From Takakia lepidozioides (Eukaryota; Plantae; Bryophyta), in assembly GCA_030704615.1 (NCBI GenBank), contig CM060731.1, positions 10,416,001-10,480,000 of the forward strand: a stretch of 64,000 nt of DNA. Direction: 5' to 3'. Below, one piece after another: positions 50,501 through 63,592 of the stretch (positions are counted from its first letter, which is position 1; the number at the start of each line of letters is the position of its first letter). A model generated the notes under the pieces. That model saw only the letters and a list, made by a program, of their open reading frames with translations. It searched no databases and was not told the origin of the DNA. A program made the translations under genes and the position numbers.

Positions 50501-52980
50501 GTACCTGTACAGAAGGCGCATTGCTGCTTTGTCCGCGTTCGGGCTGGTCGGTGAACTCGTGGCTCCGGCGGGCATGTGGTATCTCCCGAAAGAATAGGTC
50601 GGTTTTGTAGAGCAAAAAGTACCTCGTCACATAGTCGCGTAGGCTCTCTGCTGCAGGAGAAATCTCCATCTTGAACTGATGAGCTTGTGTGTCCAGCTGC
50701 TCTTGCGCATTCGTCGTCACCTGTGGAGATTCTCCATCAGATCGCATTGCTGAAAAAATACAATGAATCCACCCCCTACAAGAGTAGAAGCGCCAAACGA
50801 AGCGTGGGGAAGTACCTGAAACCACCAGTGTCATGCGGTTCATCCACATGTCGAATGTGGGGTCAGACAGTTTGTCCGGTTTGGGGAAGCTCCACATGTC
50901 CCTTGTACTTTGGGAACCATTCCAGATTTGGAGCCACCGGGTCTGTCCAACCACCCAGCATATTCGTAAGCGCCAAACACCACAAAAACGAGTTGTTGCC
51001 ACCACAATTTGGTTAAGAATGTATCACCTTTTCTGCACCATCCACACATGATGTGGCTAGACAATGGAGCTTCTCCAATGTCATCGTGGGCTTCAGAGTG
51101 AGGGAGTAGTGCTTCCCCACCTCCACCAGAAAGTCGGCACCAAGGGCGGGATCAGCTATGGCCACGTACTTTACCATCTGCGACTTGTACTTTATGCGGG
51201 CCCTCACCTCCGTAGCTTTGAGATATGATTCGAGTGCCGGGAGGGTTAGATTCTTCTCCTCTGACTCCATGTAGAACCTCCGCGCATGTGCCAAATCCTG
51301 CTGAATTTTCGTCTGTCAAGAATGCGCACATAAGATTAGAGATCCTGCTCAACACTTTTTCTTCTATTGGGGAGGAGAGACAGATTAGCTCAACAAAACA
51401 GTCAGGAGCTTTACCCGAAATATGTAGTCCACCATGGCATCCATGCTCAGCCTATACCAGGTTCTGTCTGCCTTTGCCTCTGACTTGTGCAGGAGGTCGG
51501 CATTGAGCGAATTGGCAAACTCTTGCACCCCCTGCTTCCCGACATCCTTCACTCGGAAGAGCATATGGGACAAGTTGGTGGCAATGAAGGCATTCTTAGT
51601 CACCGTGCAATGCCACATTTCCATCAAACAATTCTGAAATGGGAATTTATAACAAATATGAGGATTCGCAATGAAATGACTTAGAATCGGATGGGTCCAA
51701 AAGCAAGAGGCATTGTAACTTACGAGTTGATGTCCGCCATTGCAGCTTTGAGAAGACTGCAATCTTTGGGCCCCGCAACCTTCAGCACAACACACTCCAC
51801 GGCGAAATGCCAATCGAGTCGTTGGGGTGGCTTCGGCTATGTGCTCCATTCCATGCCAGGAGGCGATGATTGCCGTCCCACACGTAAAACATCTTTCCGG
51901 ACAAGTGCTGGAAAGAGGATCAGTAACAATCGCTCTCTCGAACTCCTCATTTCGCCTTTGCCAATGGGGACCCATTTGTCCACCTCATCGGAAGTGTGAG
52001 CACGGAAGCTCCGTGGTCGTTCTCAATGGAAACGTAAAACGCGGCAGACCCCATTCGATATCCATCCCGGAAAGAGAATTTCAGCTTGTCGTTATCGCCT
52101 GGGAGGGCAGGTCTCACCACCTGCAATGACACCAAGCGGCAAAGGGGAATTTGAAGCTTGGCCGGGTACACCATGCCCCCAGCACCCTGCCAATGTTTGT
52201 GGGTTGCCTCCAACATCTTGGCAGCGGCGGCCAACTTCATATCCGCCTCCGACATGACGTCTGCTGCAGAGGGGTTCTCCGGCAACCCACCAGGACCGCC
52301 AAATCCAGCCTGTATGCTGCGGGTTTGGGGCCTGGGGATGTCCGGGAGGATGTCATCCTAGTCAGAAAGCTCAGTGTCGTCCTCCTCAACATGGTGAACC
52401 ACCGGCAAAACCACCTCGAGCACTCTCCCTGTCTCTACTGCCATCTCCCGGCTTCACCTCGAACTTGCACAATCCGTGCTCTTTGTGGTGTTCTTTCCTC
52501 TCCTCCACTCTCCACCGTATGGGTAATTGCAGGGGTTGCTCTTGTCCGCGATGGTGTAACCGGTGTGTTACTGCCTCTTTGTGGTGTCTTGGAGGGATCC
52601 ACCGTCTCTGTGCGTCCCTCGCTTACATTGGCATCTGTCATTTGGGCACCCCTGGCCTCTTCAATGGCCTTTTCTCTTTCCTCCTGGCTAGCCTTCTGTC
52701 TCGCCTGTTCTTTTGCCCTCTCACGGGCTTTCTGTTTCTTACTAGGGCTAGCAGCAGGGAGCCCTCCAGGGACGACCACCTTTGATTGAGGAGAAGGAAC
52801 ACCCTTGCGCGCACTGCTCACTCCCCCCTCCGCAGCCCGTGACGGCTCTCTCGCCGGGGATTGCATGTGCTTAGCTTTCTTCTTATTCTTTGCGTGGCGG
52901 GCCCTACTGCATGTGCATCAACAACCTCCATTGCCGGATCTGCCTGTCCTCACGTCCTCACGCCCTTCACCTGCCATGCC
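47547..52980 (-). pseudogene. ParB/Srx-like domain fused to a beta-class DNA methyltransferase-like domain, multi-exon, frameshifted (copy 2; start approximate)
   Basis: IPLCRLVSLQVVRPAL..FYVS and KMFYVWDGNHRLLAW (DGNHR at 51863-51877). Phase-2 intron 49858-50504 links to PPFFLAWR. Then CDMILLNIPDG (48973-48987), LLDDGGCVVV, GKPWRYSRTRSPAFIQTLMETC, and RILDLTCGTG|ASMWAGTLSDMHVFAFEPD across intron 48293-48377. Acidic C-terminus homologous to copy 1. Confidence 0.75.
49890..50470. repeat. Intronic array of alternating-orientation GAAATTCGGCGCCATTTT motifs (~72-bp spacing, ~144-bp unit)
   Basis: Nine motifs at about 49895, 49949, 50023, 50095, 50166, 50240, 50311, 50383 and 50455, alternately forward and reverse-complement. 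Confidence 0.9.
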
Positions 52981-54200
52981 GCCTGCCACCAACCTCCCCA
53001 ATGCCTATTCTGTCGTACCCTTGCTGCAGGTCCCCGTCCCACCAACAAAAAGGTGAAGTTTGCCCTCTCGCCCCAAGTTGGGCGATTCAAACATGTGATG
53101 AGTTGGAGCGGTCGATGATACCACCAGCGTGCCGGGCTCGTGTCACTCTGTCATTCCCAAAATCGTCAGAACCAACATCGGGCCCAAAACCAGCATCGCA
53201 ACGAGCGCGCAACCACCATAGCAACAATCGTGGAACAACAATGAAAACAAAACAAGTTTAGGAAGTATGGAGTGCCATGGAACAACAATGAAAACAAATC
53301 CAACCAATGCCTAGAATGACATGCACAAGCAGCCTTCTCCAGAGCTGCCGGCTTTGCACACGCATTGCAAACTATCTAAGGTTCACTCAACCGGTAATAT
53401 GAAACACGATGAACAAATGATCACGAATTCCATAAGACGGGAAAACAGGGTGAAATGTTTTGAAGGCACTTCATCTTCTCAGCTCAGCATGGATTTCCTT
53501 AATTTTTTAACCACTCAGACCTTGATCATTCTTCGCAACAGCTGCTGCTTTTGCGATGCAGCCATACGCTTCCAGCGATGCCAGGATGAAGATGCAAAAA
53601 CAAAGCGAAATAACAAAGCGAAAGCGAAAGCGAACAAAGCGAAAGCAGAAGTGGCTTGCCTGAGAGTACTCGGCTTCAGTTGGCGCGGGTTGTGAGCAAG
53701 ACACTGGACTGGAATTTGCTGGAGCTTAAGTTGGCCATGCGAGAGATTGGCCGTCGTCCGTAGTACAAAGCTTTCAACTTCCGCCGCGGTCTGGATGTGA
53801 GGTCTCTCTCAAGAGAGCCACATCGTAGCTACGGCGTGAGCCCAGCCGCGTGAGCTGAGCTCACGCTTCAAGGAAGCGTGAGCGGCACAAATCTGCTGGA
53901 GAAGCAGGTCCTATAGGCGAGGGTTGCAAGAAGAGGGCCTATTACCGTGGACAAAACAAAGGGGGCCACCATGCACCATGTCTGCAATGCCTGCACAAAA
54001 AGAGGAATATGAAAATATGGCAGAATTGAGCTCAGAATGATTGACACACTTTATTTCAATTCACAGATAGACGCTTACAATGAATGGCATGTGCATTTGC
54101 CCTGGTTCCGTGAATGAAATGTATGTGTTTGTCCTAAATGCAAAGTCTTCACACGGTAACCTGGAAACCAGCATGGGAAGCGGGCATGGCTCGTATGTGT

Positions 54201-57200
54201 TCAAAGAGAATTTGGCGGAGCCCTACGTGAGGTGTCCCGCTGCAGAAGGGTGATGACTTCTCCGTAGCCTAGTGTGGGGTGAATGAATTGGTCTCTCTTA
54301 CCGTTGCAACACATAATTACAAGATATAATGTAATATTGATGCTTGCAGGGACCCACTTCCCTCTCATGCCGAGAGCGCCCTCACGCATCGTTACAAAAT
54401 CCGGACAAGTGCAAGTAGGGAAATTCCCCACGGTAACCTGATATTCTTTGCCATGAAGAAACTGAGCCAATAAAACAGCACTGTGTAAATCCGTTCATAC
54501 CCCGGGGCAGGGACTTCGGTGATACGAGCCACCCGAGCCTGCAAAATTCTAGCCGATTCCATCTTGCATTCGTGATCTGCACCCGAAGCGATACGGCGCA
54601 CTGTTTTTCCATCTCTTTTTGTTGGGGGGGAGTCGGCACCGGGTGGAGGCATTGCCGGAGCTTGTGGCACATCTGTGCCGACAGTGCACAAGGGCACCAC
54701 TCGGGATCGTGCAAGACAAAACCCTCCCTCCTCCAGCATGCTTATCTCGGTTTGTGACAGCGACGTCCCAAGTTTCACAGGCCAAATTGCGGGGGGAGGG
54801 GGTTTCATTATCACCGAAGGACGAACTGTTCCCTTGACGCATCGTGCCATATCGTCTCTGGCAGAACCAGAACTTGTGGTCCTTTGACTCCCACTATGAT
54901 AAGGTCGGAACAACCCTGTGAATGTTGGAGCTGGAGTCCCCATGGAGCCTTTGCATATTTTTTTGATTTGCATTTCTTGAAAGAGGGGTCCGAATTGCCA
55001 TGCAAGCAACTCTAGATCCTGGTGGGGTGCGTTCTATATGCCACTCACTATCAATGCAATCAGATTCCTGCACCATGGCCACCACTCCTCCAATGGGGAT
55101 TCCTGCTGCTGTGCTTGCATGTTCTGCACCTGCTCCACAGGAGGAGGACCCACCTGGGAAAGGGCCGGCACACGACTTAGTCTGCACTGGAGACACCTTT
55201 GGCACAGAGAAATTGACCCTGTCTGGGCGATGGAAATCTCCATCTGACCCTGGAAGAGTGTTCAATTTCCTTTTGCATGATCCAAATCTTTCCTCACCTT
55301 CCAAATGAGGGAGCCTGGATTGCAAAGGGGAGCCTTCAGTGCACCTGTTCAGAGCTCTGGCCATCTTGGATGGGTCTCCGGACCTCGCAGCCCTAGCATC
55401 AACAAAGTCGTACCGGGGCCCTGCCTCCACCCGTCCCATCAAAATTGCAGTACCTGGTTTGTTGTGTAAGTGCCCGCACCATGTCATCAGCACTGGCCAC
55501 ATACTCCCCGAACCAAACACGCGCCGCACTGCATTGAAATTTGCCTGTGCACTATCAGCCATGAAGCCCGCAAAATTTGTGTTCTGTATTCCATTGCGCT
55601 GCATGACGGCCAGGAGCAAATTCCACATGAGCATCTGGGATTCAGTGTCCTCCGACTGCATATCATAAATTGCTATTGAGAGCACACGTTGGTACGCTGG
55701 ATCATACACATGGCACGCCATGGTTGTCCAACCCTTCAACCGTTGCAGTGATCAAACATCAACCAACATTTAGCCAAATCTCCTCCAGGTTGCATTCGGC
55801 GGACAATGCTCACACCACTGCCTTCGCCCACTGCGGACATCTTGAACAAATACACCTTGGATGAGCCCTGGCCAGGGAAGATACTGTTTTGAATGAATTC
55901 ATAGCGACTTCTCCGTTTGAGGTCCATAATGTTGTCCATGAATCCAGCAGTGCCTGTGCCGACTCTGAGTGCATTCACCTGGTTTCGAATATTGGGAGAG
56001 CTCAACACGGAGAAATGGTCCATCACTGCATCAAGCAAATCTGCATCCAGCATTGGTTGTGTCGAAGCCCATTCACCCAATATGTGTTTTTCCAGGAAAG
56101 CCTTGCTAGCTGCAAGCGCTATAGGAGAAGGTGTTGCACAAGGGGCATTGTGTAACTCCTGCTTCAGCAGATTTCTAGCGATGTCCACGCTATCCCTGCA
56201 ATTCCTTTGGACACAGATGCTCGTGTGCACCCATGAATGTAGGCACGAGTCATTGTCTTGCATCGGGTGCCACCTGGTACATACGAGCGTGGCACACAGA
56301 AACACAGGACGGGGAAAGTTTGCAGAAACCTGCACACAAAAGTATTGGTCTTGGGAGGGCAAGTCCTGGGGTGAAAGGATTCAAGGGCACACCTTCCCAC
56401 ACTTTTGTTTGGTTGAGCGTTGTTTCTCAGGCGAGGGCAAGATATATTCAAGCACTTGCAATGCCCAACGCAAACCGACCTTCGAAATTTCAATCCAATG
56501 TCGTTGTGGATGTTTGACGTTTTTGTCCTGCACCAGGGGTGTCCGTCATGTTTTTTGTCTATGCCCTGCAGAAGCCCAGTCAGTCCATTTGAAGACGTGG
56601 GAGGGTTGAGCTCAAACAAGATGTCCCCATCAAACTGCTGGCACGTATTGAAACCCGCTGCACACGAAGGGGACCCAATCAACAAAACGCAGCTCGCTCT
56701 TGCACCCAGGCACCCCTGCGAGGGCTTTCAATTTTGGAATGACACTCGTTATCTCTTGCAATTCGGATTCATCCAAGAATGGAGTGCACTGGCAGAGGAA
56801 TCTCAGAAACATCCTCCGAGGACGAGTCTGAAAGAGTCACGAATGTAGTGGATGTGCTCACCTCTTGTTTCACATGAACTGTGCCCTTTTGCTGCACGAC
56901 CGATGCTACAGTTCCAGGGGTATTGACTGATCCTGCTGATTGTCTTCTCTCTTTTCCAAGGACACGGTATGTGCCTGGAAGGACTCTCCACTTTCTTCCA
57001 CACTTGCCAACCAATGGTTTCTCCAAATGTCCAGAATCCAAAATTCCCATCCTCGTCATACACCTCTTTTGAACAAGCAAAGGAACCCAATTCCAGTGGG
57101 AACACTGTAACCAGCTCATCCTCATGAACAACTGCAAACCCATCGTCGTCTGCAGTGGCAGTCAGTGGAAGACTACTTGCATTGGAATGAAATCGGGCTA

Positions 57201-57222
57201 GTCTATCTCTCTCCCTGGACAT
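54201..57222 (-). pseudogene. MULE-type transposase with N-terminal GCM/WRKY-like zinc domain and C-terminal SWIM finger, frameshifted and apparently internally deleted
   Basis: KKHDGHPWCRTKTSNI..FRRSVCVGH.KCLNISC (GCM-like). WLMFDH..GWTTMACHVYD..DMQSED..GFMADSAQANFNAVRRVFG (first two catalytic Asp regions). YQVTVGNFPTCTCPDF...WVP/CKH (SWIM, across a frameshift). Confidence 0.72.
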
Positions 57223-58611
57223 GTTTTCCTACACTGACCGAAACTTTCGATTCACAACGGAATCCCCGAACTGATAGCCCGCAATTCTCGAAAGGGGATC
57301 CCACCAAAAAAAATTGAGGTCAACAAGGGTAGCACTAACCCAAAGGCTGCGGGCGATGCATCAAAAGGATGCAGGAATGACATGCACTGAACTTCGCAGA
57401 CAACCACGCTGAGAGACACCAACTAGAAAAACTGTTTTCAAATACAGGAGCCACAAGAAGCCGTGCTGTTTTTGGATGAAAAACAAATCCTGAACATGAC
57501 ATGAAACCATCCTTTATGGAAAGACGACAACAACCCTGGAGAGCAGTAAACAGGAAGACCCCGAATGTAATGAGGTTGTGCCGTGCCAGAATAGCACAGC
57601 ACAAACACTGACACTCCAAGAGTCACCTCGCACGGATGTGTGCAACACAAGATCATTTCCGACACAACCCTTTATACCGAATGACCCCAGGCGACGATGA
57701 CGGCAAAATGCAAAGCACAGGGCAGGCAGTACGACACACGTGGATGCATATGTGAAGCACAACATTTATGGCGAATCTGCAAGAACTGCTCCAAATTGAA
57801 CTAGCATTAGATTTCTACGGCACTTCCGAATTTGAAAACCATGTAAGAAGGCTGCCATATATTGGCAGGCGGCGAAGTACATCTGACATATATCACAAGT
57901 ACATGCAACGGATGTACATATTTCTAACACTTTATTCTTGAATAATACAAAGACGCCGAAATGGATGAATTCCGTTCGCACACAATAACAACACCCGCAT
58001 CCAAATACGGTTGACAATGTCCAATTTTGATTTTGGTTACATGCAATAGCAACCCTGTTGCAAACGTCAAACTGGAGAGCTCTAGAGGCATCGTGGGGGA
58101 GCCCTTGTTTCCAGCGGAGGAGAGAGAGGAAGTCATTATACTTCACGAGCTCTAGAAACAGGAATAGAGCCAGATATAAAATGAGGATGGAAAAGTGGCC
58201 GAAGAGGAAAAGGCGGAGAAGAAGAGGGCAAAGAGCAAAGTTCGGCGATGGAAGAGCAGGAATCCGGAGAAGAACAGCAGCTTGCCATAGTTCCAAGAAC
58301 AGATGAGGAGGACACTGCATCCGAGGGAGAGGCAGACGCCGAAGATGATGTGACGCTGGCCTCACGAAGAACCTAGGAGTGGAAGAGAGGATGGGGAGAT
58401 GCTCCAGAACATGAGAGGCGTGGAGAGCAGTCCGAAGCGCAAAGGGTCCCCGGCGATTGGGGAGTCTTCTGGAGCAGCCAAAAAAAAGGTTCAATCTTGA
58501 AACCCACCTTTGTGCTTCATTGTTGATGTGAACCCAAGTTGAGATTCTATTTCGATATGAACATAGTCTACACCGGCATCTATGCCAGGTTGCATCAACG
58601 CGAACAAGAAG

Positions 58612-59543
58612 CTCAAACAGTGTGCATTGACGCACAATGTTTGAGCCTTCCATTTTGCTGGCTTGTTGATGTGCGAAACGGCCAAATTGGGGAACTACGG
58701 CAGGTTAAATCCACCACGAATTGGATGCTGAAACAGTGTGCGTTGACGCACACTGTTTGAGCCCCGCATTTTACTTGGTTGATGGTGTGAAAGAACGGCC
58801 AGATAGGGCCACTATGCCCGGTTCAATTCTCCACTATTTGGCAGCTCAAACAGTGTGCGTTGGCGCACACTGTTTGAGCCCACCTTGTCATGTTTTTCAT
58901 CTGAAAAACGGCCACAAACGGCATGAATTGAGGATCAATCATCACTTACATGGCAGCTCAAACAGTGTGCGTCAACGCACACTGTTTGAGTTCACATTGT
59001 CATTGCCTTTGTCATCTGAAAATCGGCCACATAGGGTATGAATTTGAGGATCAATCATCACTTACCTGACAACTCAAACAGTGTGCGTTGGCGCACACTG
59101 TTTGAGCTACCCTTATCATTGCCTTTTTCATTTGAAAATCGGCCACATAGGGCATGTCTCTGAGGATCAATGAACACTTATCTGGCAGCTCAAACAGTGT
59201 GCGTTGCCGCACACTGTTTGAGTACACCTTGTCACTGTTTTTCCCTGTGAAATTCGGCAATACATGGCATGTCTCTGAGGTTCAATGAACACTTACTTGG
59301 CAGCTCAAACAGTGTGCGTCAACGCACACTGTTTGAGCTCACCATGTCATTGCCTTTGTCATCTGAAAATCGGCCACATAGGGTTTGTATTTGAGGATCA
59401 ATCATCACTTACCTGGCAGCTCAAACAGTGTGCGTTGCCGCACACTGTTTGAACACACCTTGTCACTGTTTTCCCCTGTGAAATTCGGCAATACCGGGCA
59501 TGTCTCTGAGGTTCAATGAACACTTACCTGGTAGCTCAAAGAG
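58612..59543. repeat. Array of nine 34-bp palindromes CTCAAACAGTGTGCG-N4-CGCACACTGTTTGAG, 112-117-bp period
   Basis: Starts at 58612, 58728, 58845, 58957, 59073, 59189, 59304, 59420 and 59535 (last one cut by the LTR). Spacers are related to each other. Confidence 0.95.
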
Positions 59544-62500
59544 TGTCGTGCACCTCACTTCGGTAAGCTCCCCTTCAAGTCATAGTTACTCGCTTTGATG
59601 CGCGCGCCCTGACCAACCTGGCCGCCGGGCCAACTTGGAGCTTCGGCTGCTCACCGGGGCATAACGGTCCCCCCCTTTGTTCTCCCAAAGAACCCTCCAC
59701 CGATTTGGAACCAGCAGGAATTCCCTTTGGTAGTTGGCAGTCCGGAACAGCTCCCCACTCTTTGGTCGCTTTCCGGCTCGCTCGCTTACTCACTAGTTTT
59801 TGGTCACCAACGGGCTTGCACCGTTCTCGAGGTTACTACTCCCTATATATACTTCTGTTAGCTGTCCACGGGGGTTTCAAAACCAGCCATGCCATTTTAT
59901 GGCGAACCACCACGAAGACCCTCGATTCCCGGTGGTGAGTCGCGGTGAGTCTTGGCCCACTCACGCGGCCCCAATGGACCGTGATGAGTCCCAGACTCCC
60001 CACAACTCCCACCTCGAGGTCTCCGCCCCCATGGTGAGTCCTATGCCACCCCACTAAGTCCCACTAAGCTACACACACCCTTGTGGAGCCACCCCACCGC
60101 AACCCGGTGTGCGGGGCTCCACCTAGTGAGCGCCTCTGCCTCCTTGAGTGCCTTGGGCACTCAAGGGTGCTTCAGCCCCCGTACCTATCGCTGCTACTGC
60201 CCCCACCACAGGGGCAGCCCCTCTTGTGTCCCGACCCCCCTGCCCTCAAGGCAAAGGGCCGCGACACACACCCCTACCAACAGGGAGTCGATGTCCTCAT
60301 CGACTTGTCCATTTTGTAGAAACGAACATCCAAGTTGTGGCGTCCCACATCAAGGAGTTGTTTCCGTACCATGGCATCCATGGCAAAGAACCAAACCCCA
60401 CACTTGACTCTACTCTCCACTAGCTAGTTCGGCCGACTTCCTCCAAGTCCCGGCCAAGGGTGGAGCCTCTCCAGCTCCTCCCAGTGCACTCTTCTTGGCC
60501 TACTTCAACGCCAAGGAACAATCCTCCTTGAGGATCGAATCGCCTTACTGCAACAACATTGCTTGCGATCGCTCATGATGCCTTTTGGCATCACCTTGAG
60601 CAAGGGTTCCCTGGAACCCTCTTTGACTAGGAAGATAACCTTGAACCAACCGTGCGCCCCAATCACTACAATTGGGCCCGCCTTGGAATGCTGGCCTGAG
60701 GTACGGGAACACGCCGAAGCCGCACTACGACTTCGTCCCGAGGCTACACGATTATAGTACGTGAAACGGAAGCACGTAGCTTCCGCGTTAGCCTGCACTA
60801 CAAGGCAACCCCCTCGGTAGCGCAGTTATAGTACGCGCACTAGCACGTGAACTCCCAAGGAAGGCGCAAGTTTCCTTGCCCCTCGGATGGGGGTCACCCG
60901 ATTTCTGCACTACACAAACACACGATTAACCCAATTTACCTCTCCCACTTTTATAAGCTAGCATGCATTCTACACACTAGCCAACCATATCATGCATCAC
61001 CATTCCAAACAAAATAGGACGCACAACATTTGGAACCCATTTCCTTTATTACAAATTTTTGTACAATACAAGTTTTTGTAATCGGATCCCTAAGCTAGCT
61101 AAGCCGGGCTAAGCATGCATTTCCCCCCACGCTCCAAGGTTGATGTCCCATCAACGTTTCTTCCGCTTTTGAGGTCGCCCTTCGAAAGCTGCAACCGCCT
61201 CGGATGCGTTTTCCCATTTCTGAGGCACGCACCCAAGATCCTCCACATGATGATAGCCCTTCCATTTGACGAGATACTCCGTTTCTTGGTTCTTGAACCT
61301 CCTCGACTTAAGTATTGCCTCCACCTCGTACTCAGGTTCATTTTCATGATCCAACAGCATAGGTGGCGGACGCAACACTTGATGTCGATTCGGACACGCT
61401 TCATCTTTGAAGTAAGGCTTCAAAAGGGAGGAGACATGGAATACTGGGTGCACCTTGCTGTTTTTCCGGCAGCTCCAATTCATACACATCCTCATTCATA
61501 ACCTTCCGAATGCGAAAGGGTCCCGCATACGGAGGTACGAACTTCGGACTCACTTCCGGAGGTAGTCGGAAATTCTTGATGTTCAACCAGACCTCTGTGC
61601 CTGCCTCAAACTTCACTTCCCTCCGCTTCCGATTCGCCTGCCTTTCATACCGTTTCCTAGCTTTGGCAATGTTGTACTTTTTGCGAGCTTCAACAAACGC
61701 TCGCGTTCTTCCAGTACCGCCGCTACTGCCGGTTCCTCAACGTCCTGGGCAACCCAACTTGTCGGCATCAGAGGTGCTTTTCCATAGACCAATACGAAAG
61801 GGGAAACTCCCGTTGCGGAGTGTTCTGTGTTATTATAACAGAACTCTGCCGCGTCTAAGTGTTCCATCCAGTCTGATTGGTCTGCCGACACGTAATTCCG
61901 CAAGAATTGCTTCACTACGGAATTCACTCTTTCCGTTGGCCGTCCGTCGTAGGTCGGAAGGCGTGCTCATCTTCAGCCTCGTCCCCATCTTCTTCCAAAG
62001 TGTCCTCCAAAATTTACTCGTAAACTTTGGATCGCGATCCGAGACAATATCCTTCGGGACTCCATGATGCTTTAAGACGTGGGCGAAGTAAAGTCGCCCT
62101 GTCTCCTGCGCCGTTGCCGTCTCCTTGGTGGGGATGAAATGGCCCATTTACTGAACCTATCTAACCACCACCATGATTGCATCGAATCCTTTTGACAACG
62201 GCATAGCAGTCATGAAATCCATCGAGACGCTTTCCCAAGTCCCCTTTGGAATCGGCAAGGGTTGTAACAGCCCCGCCCTTGCTTTTTGTACTCGCTCCGG
62301 TTTTGTTGCATGTGGTGCATGTCTTGACATACTCCTCTGCCTCCTCCCTCAGTTTGGGCCAGAAATACTCTTTCTTCAGGAGTGCCGCAGTGCGCTTGGC
62401 TCCGCTGTGGCCCGCAAGCGGGCTATCATGGCATTCTCTCAAGAGGCTGTCTCTGATCCCTCCCTTCGCCACGAGAGACGCTTTTGCTTATACCGGAGCA

Positions 62501-63592
62501 GTCCATTTTGCAAGTGGAACTGCGATTTAACCCCCATCCTCAAGTCCTGCATCACAGACTTCGCCAGCTCATCCTTCCGGTAAGCCTTCCGGATCTTCCT
62601 TTGGAGCGCCGTCTCGCCCTTGTACACCAACAAGAGCTGCTGCTTTCTACTTAAAGCATCGGCCACCACGTTGTTTCGTCCCGGTTTGTACTGGATATCC
62701 ACGTCGAACACCGCCAAAGTATCTTGCCACCTAAGTTGTTTTGGGGACACTTGGGCTGCGTGGCAAAATACTTCACCGTGACATTGTCCGTGAACACCTT
62801 CACTGGGTTGGAACAAACATAGTGGCGCCAAAGCTCAAGACAGTGCACCACCGCCCTTCATCTCTTTTTCGTGCGTCGGCCACCATCGCTCCACTTCATT
62901 CAGTTTCTTACTTTCGTAAGCCACTGGACCGTTCATCATTGCATAAGTACACCCCCAATCGCGAAGTCCGACGCATATGTATGAATCTCAAATGGACGAT
63001 CGAACTCCGGGATTCTCAAGACTGGAGCTTCCGCCATCCGCTGCTTCATTCAGCAAAAAAGCTTGGCTTGGCACAAAATGTGTTCCATACCAGACTTTGG
63101 ATTACACAAAGGCCGACAGCGACCCCCGCGATCTTGGCGAAATTTCTCACATACTTCCGGTAATAGGAGCGAGTCCTAGGAAGGATCGCACTCCCGGGAC
63201 CGAAGTCGGAGGCCCCCAGTCCAAGATCGCCTACCTTTCTGTCATCCATTTTGATCCCATCCTGTGTAATCACATGCCCCAAGAACTCCACTTTCGTGAC
63301 CCCGAATTCGCATTTTGAAGCTTTGGCATACACCTTTCCTTCCCGCAACTTTTGGAACACCCTTTTGAGGTGCTCCAGGTGTTCCTCCTTTGTTTTCGAG
63401 TACACCAAGATGTCGTCGATGTACACGATCACAAAGTCATCCAACCACTCCTGAAAAAGGCTGTTCATCAGCGTGCTAAGGTCGCCGGTGCATTAGTGAG
63501 ACCCAAAAGGCATCACCAAAACTCATATGAACCATACCTTGTCCTGCACGCGGTCTTCTCCTCATCTCCTTCCGCCATCCGATTTGATGATA
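59544..63592 (-). mobile_element. Chromovirus-type Gypsy: 3' LTR (59544-~61119), PPT, chromodomain-integrase, RNase H, RT (frameshifted)
   Basis: EYEVEAILKSRR..EYLVKWKGY chromodomain; GPF..VHPVFHVS; IVSDRDPKFTSKFW; HDSPLAGH; VYIDDILVYS; purine tract at 61121-61135. Confidence 0.92.

Larger units (their letters stand above)
47304..59543 (-). mobile_element. Large Mutator-like (MULE) DNA element copy 2: ParB-MTase cargo gene, transposase and palindromic repeat array; other end not seen
   Basis: Starts precisely inside a Gypsy protease with CTATTTCATGAGC (same terminus as 37412). Co-oriented cargo and transposase genes. The array is cut by an LTR at 59544. Treating all parts as one element is inference from contiguity. 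Confidence 0.68.

Noticed and set aside
39326-52980. Bacterial contamination or a restriction-modification operon
   Set aside because: The ParB-MTase genes contain conserved GT-AG introns and are interleaved with plant retrotransposons. No restriction endonuclease was seen.
57766-58653. 295-aa ORF as a real protein
   Set aside because: It starts within the palindrome array, has low-complexity composition from a purine-rich opposite strand, and has no recognisable motifs.
58612-59543. CRISPR array
   Set aside because: Spacers are ~80 bp and homologous to each other, there are no cas genes, and the context is a eukaryotic transposon.
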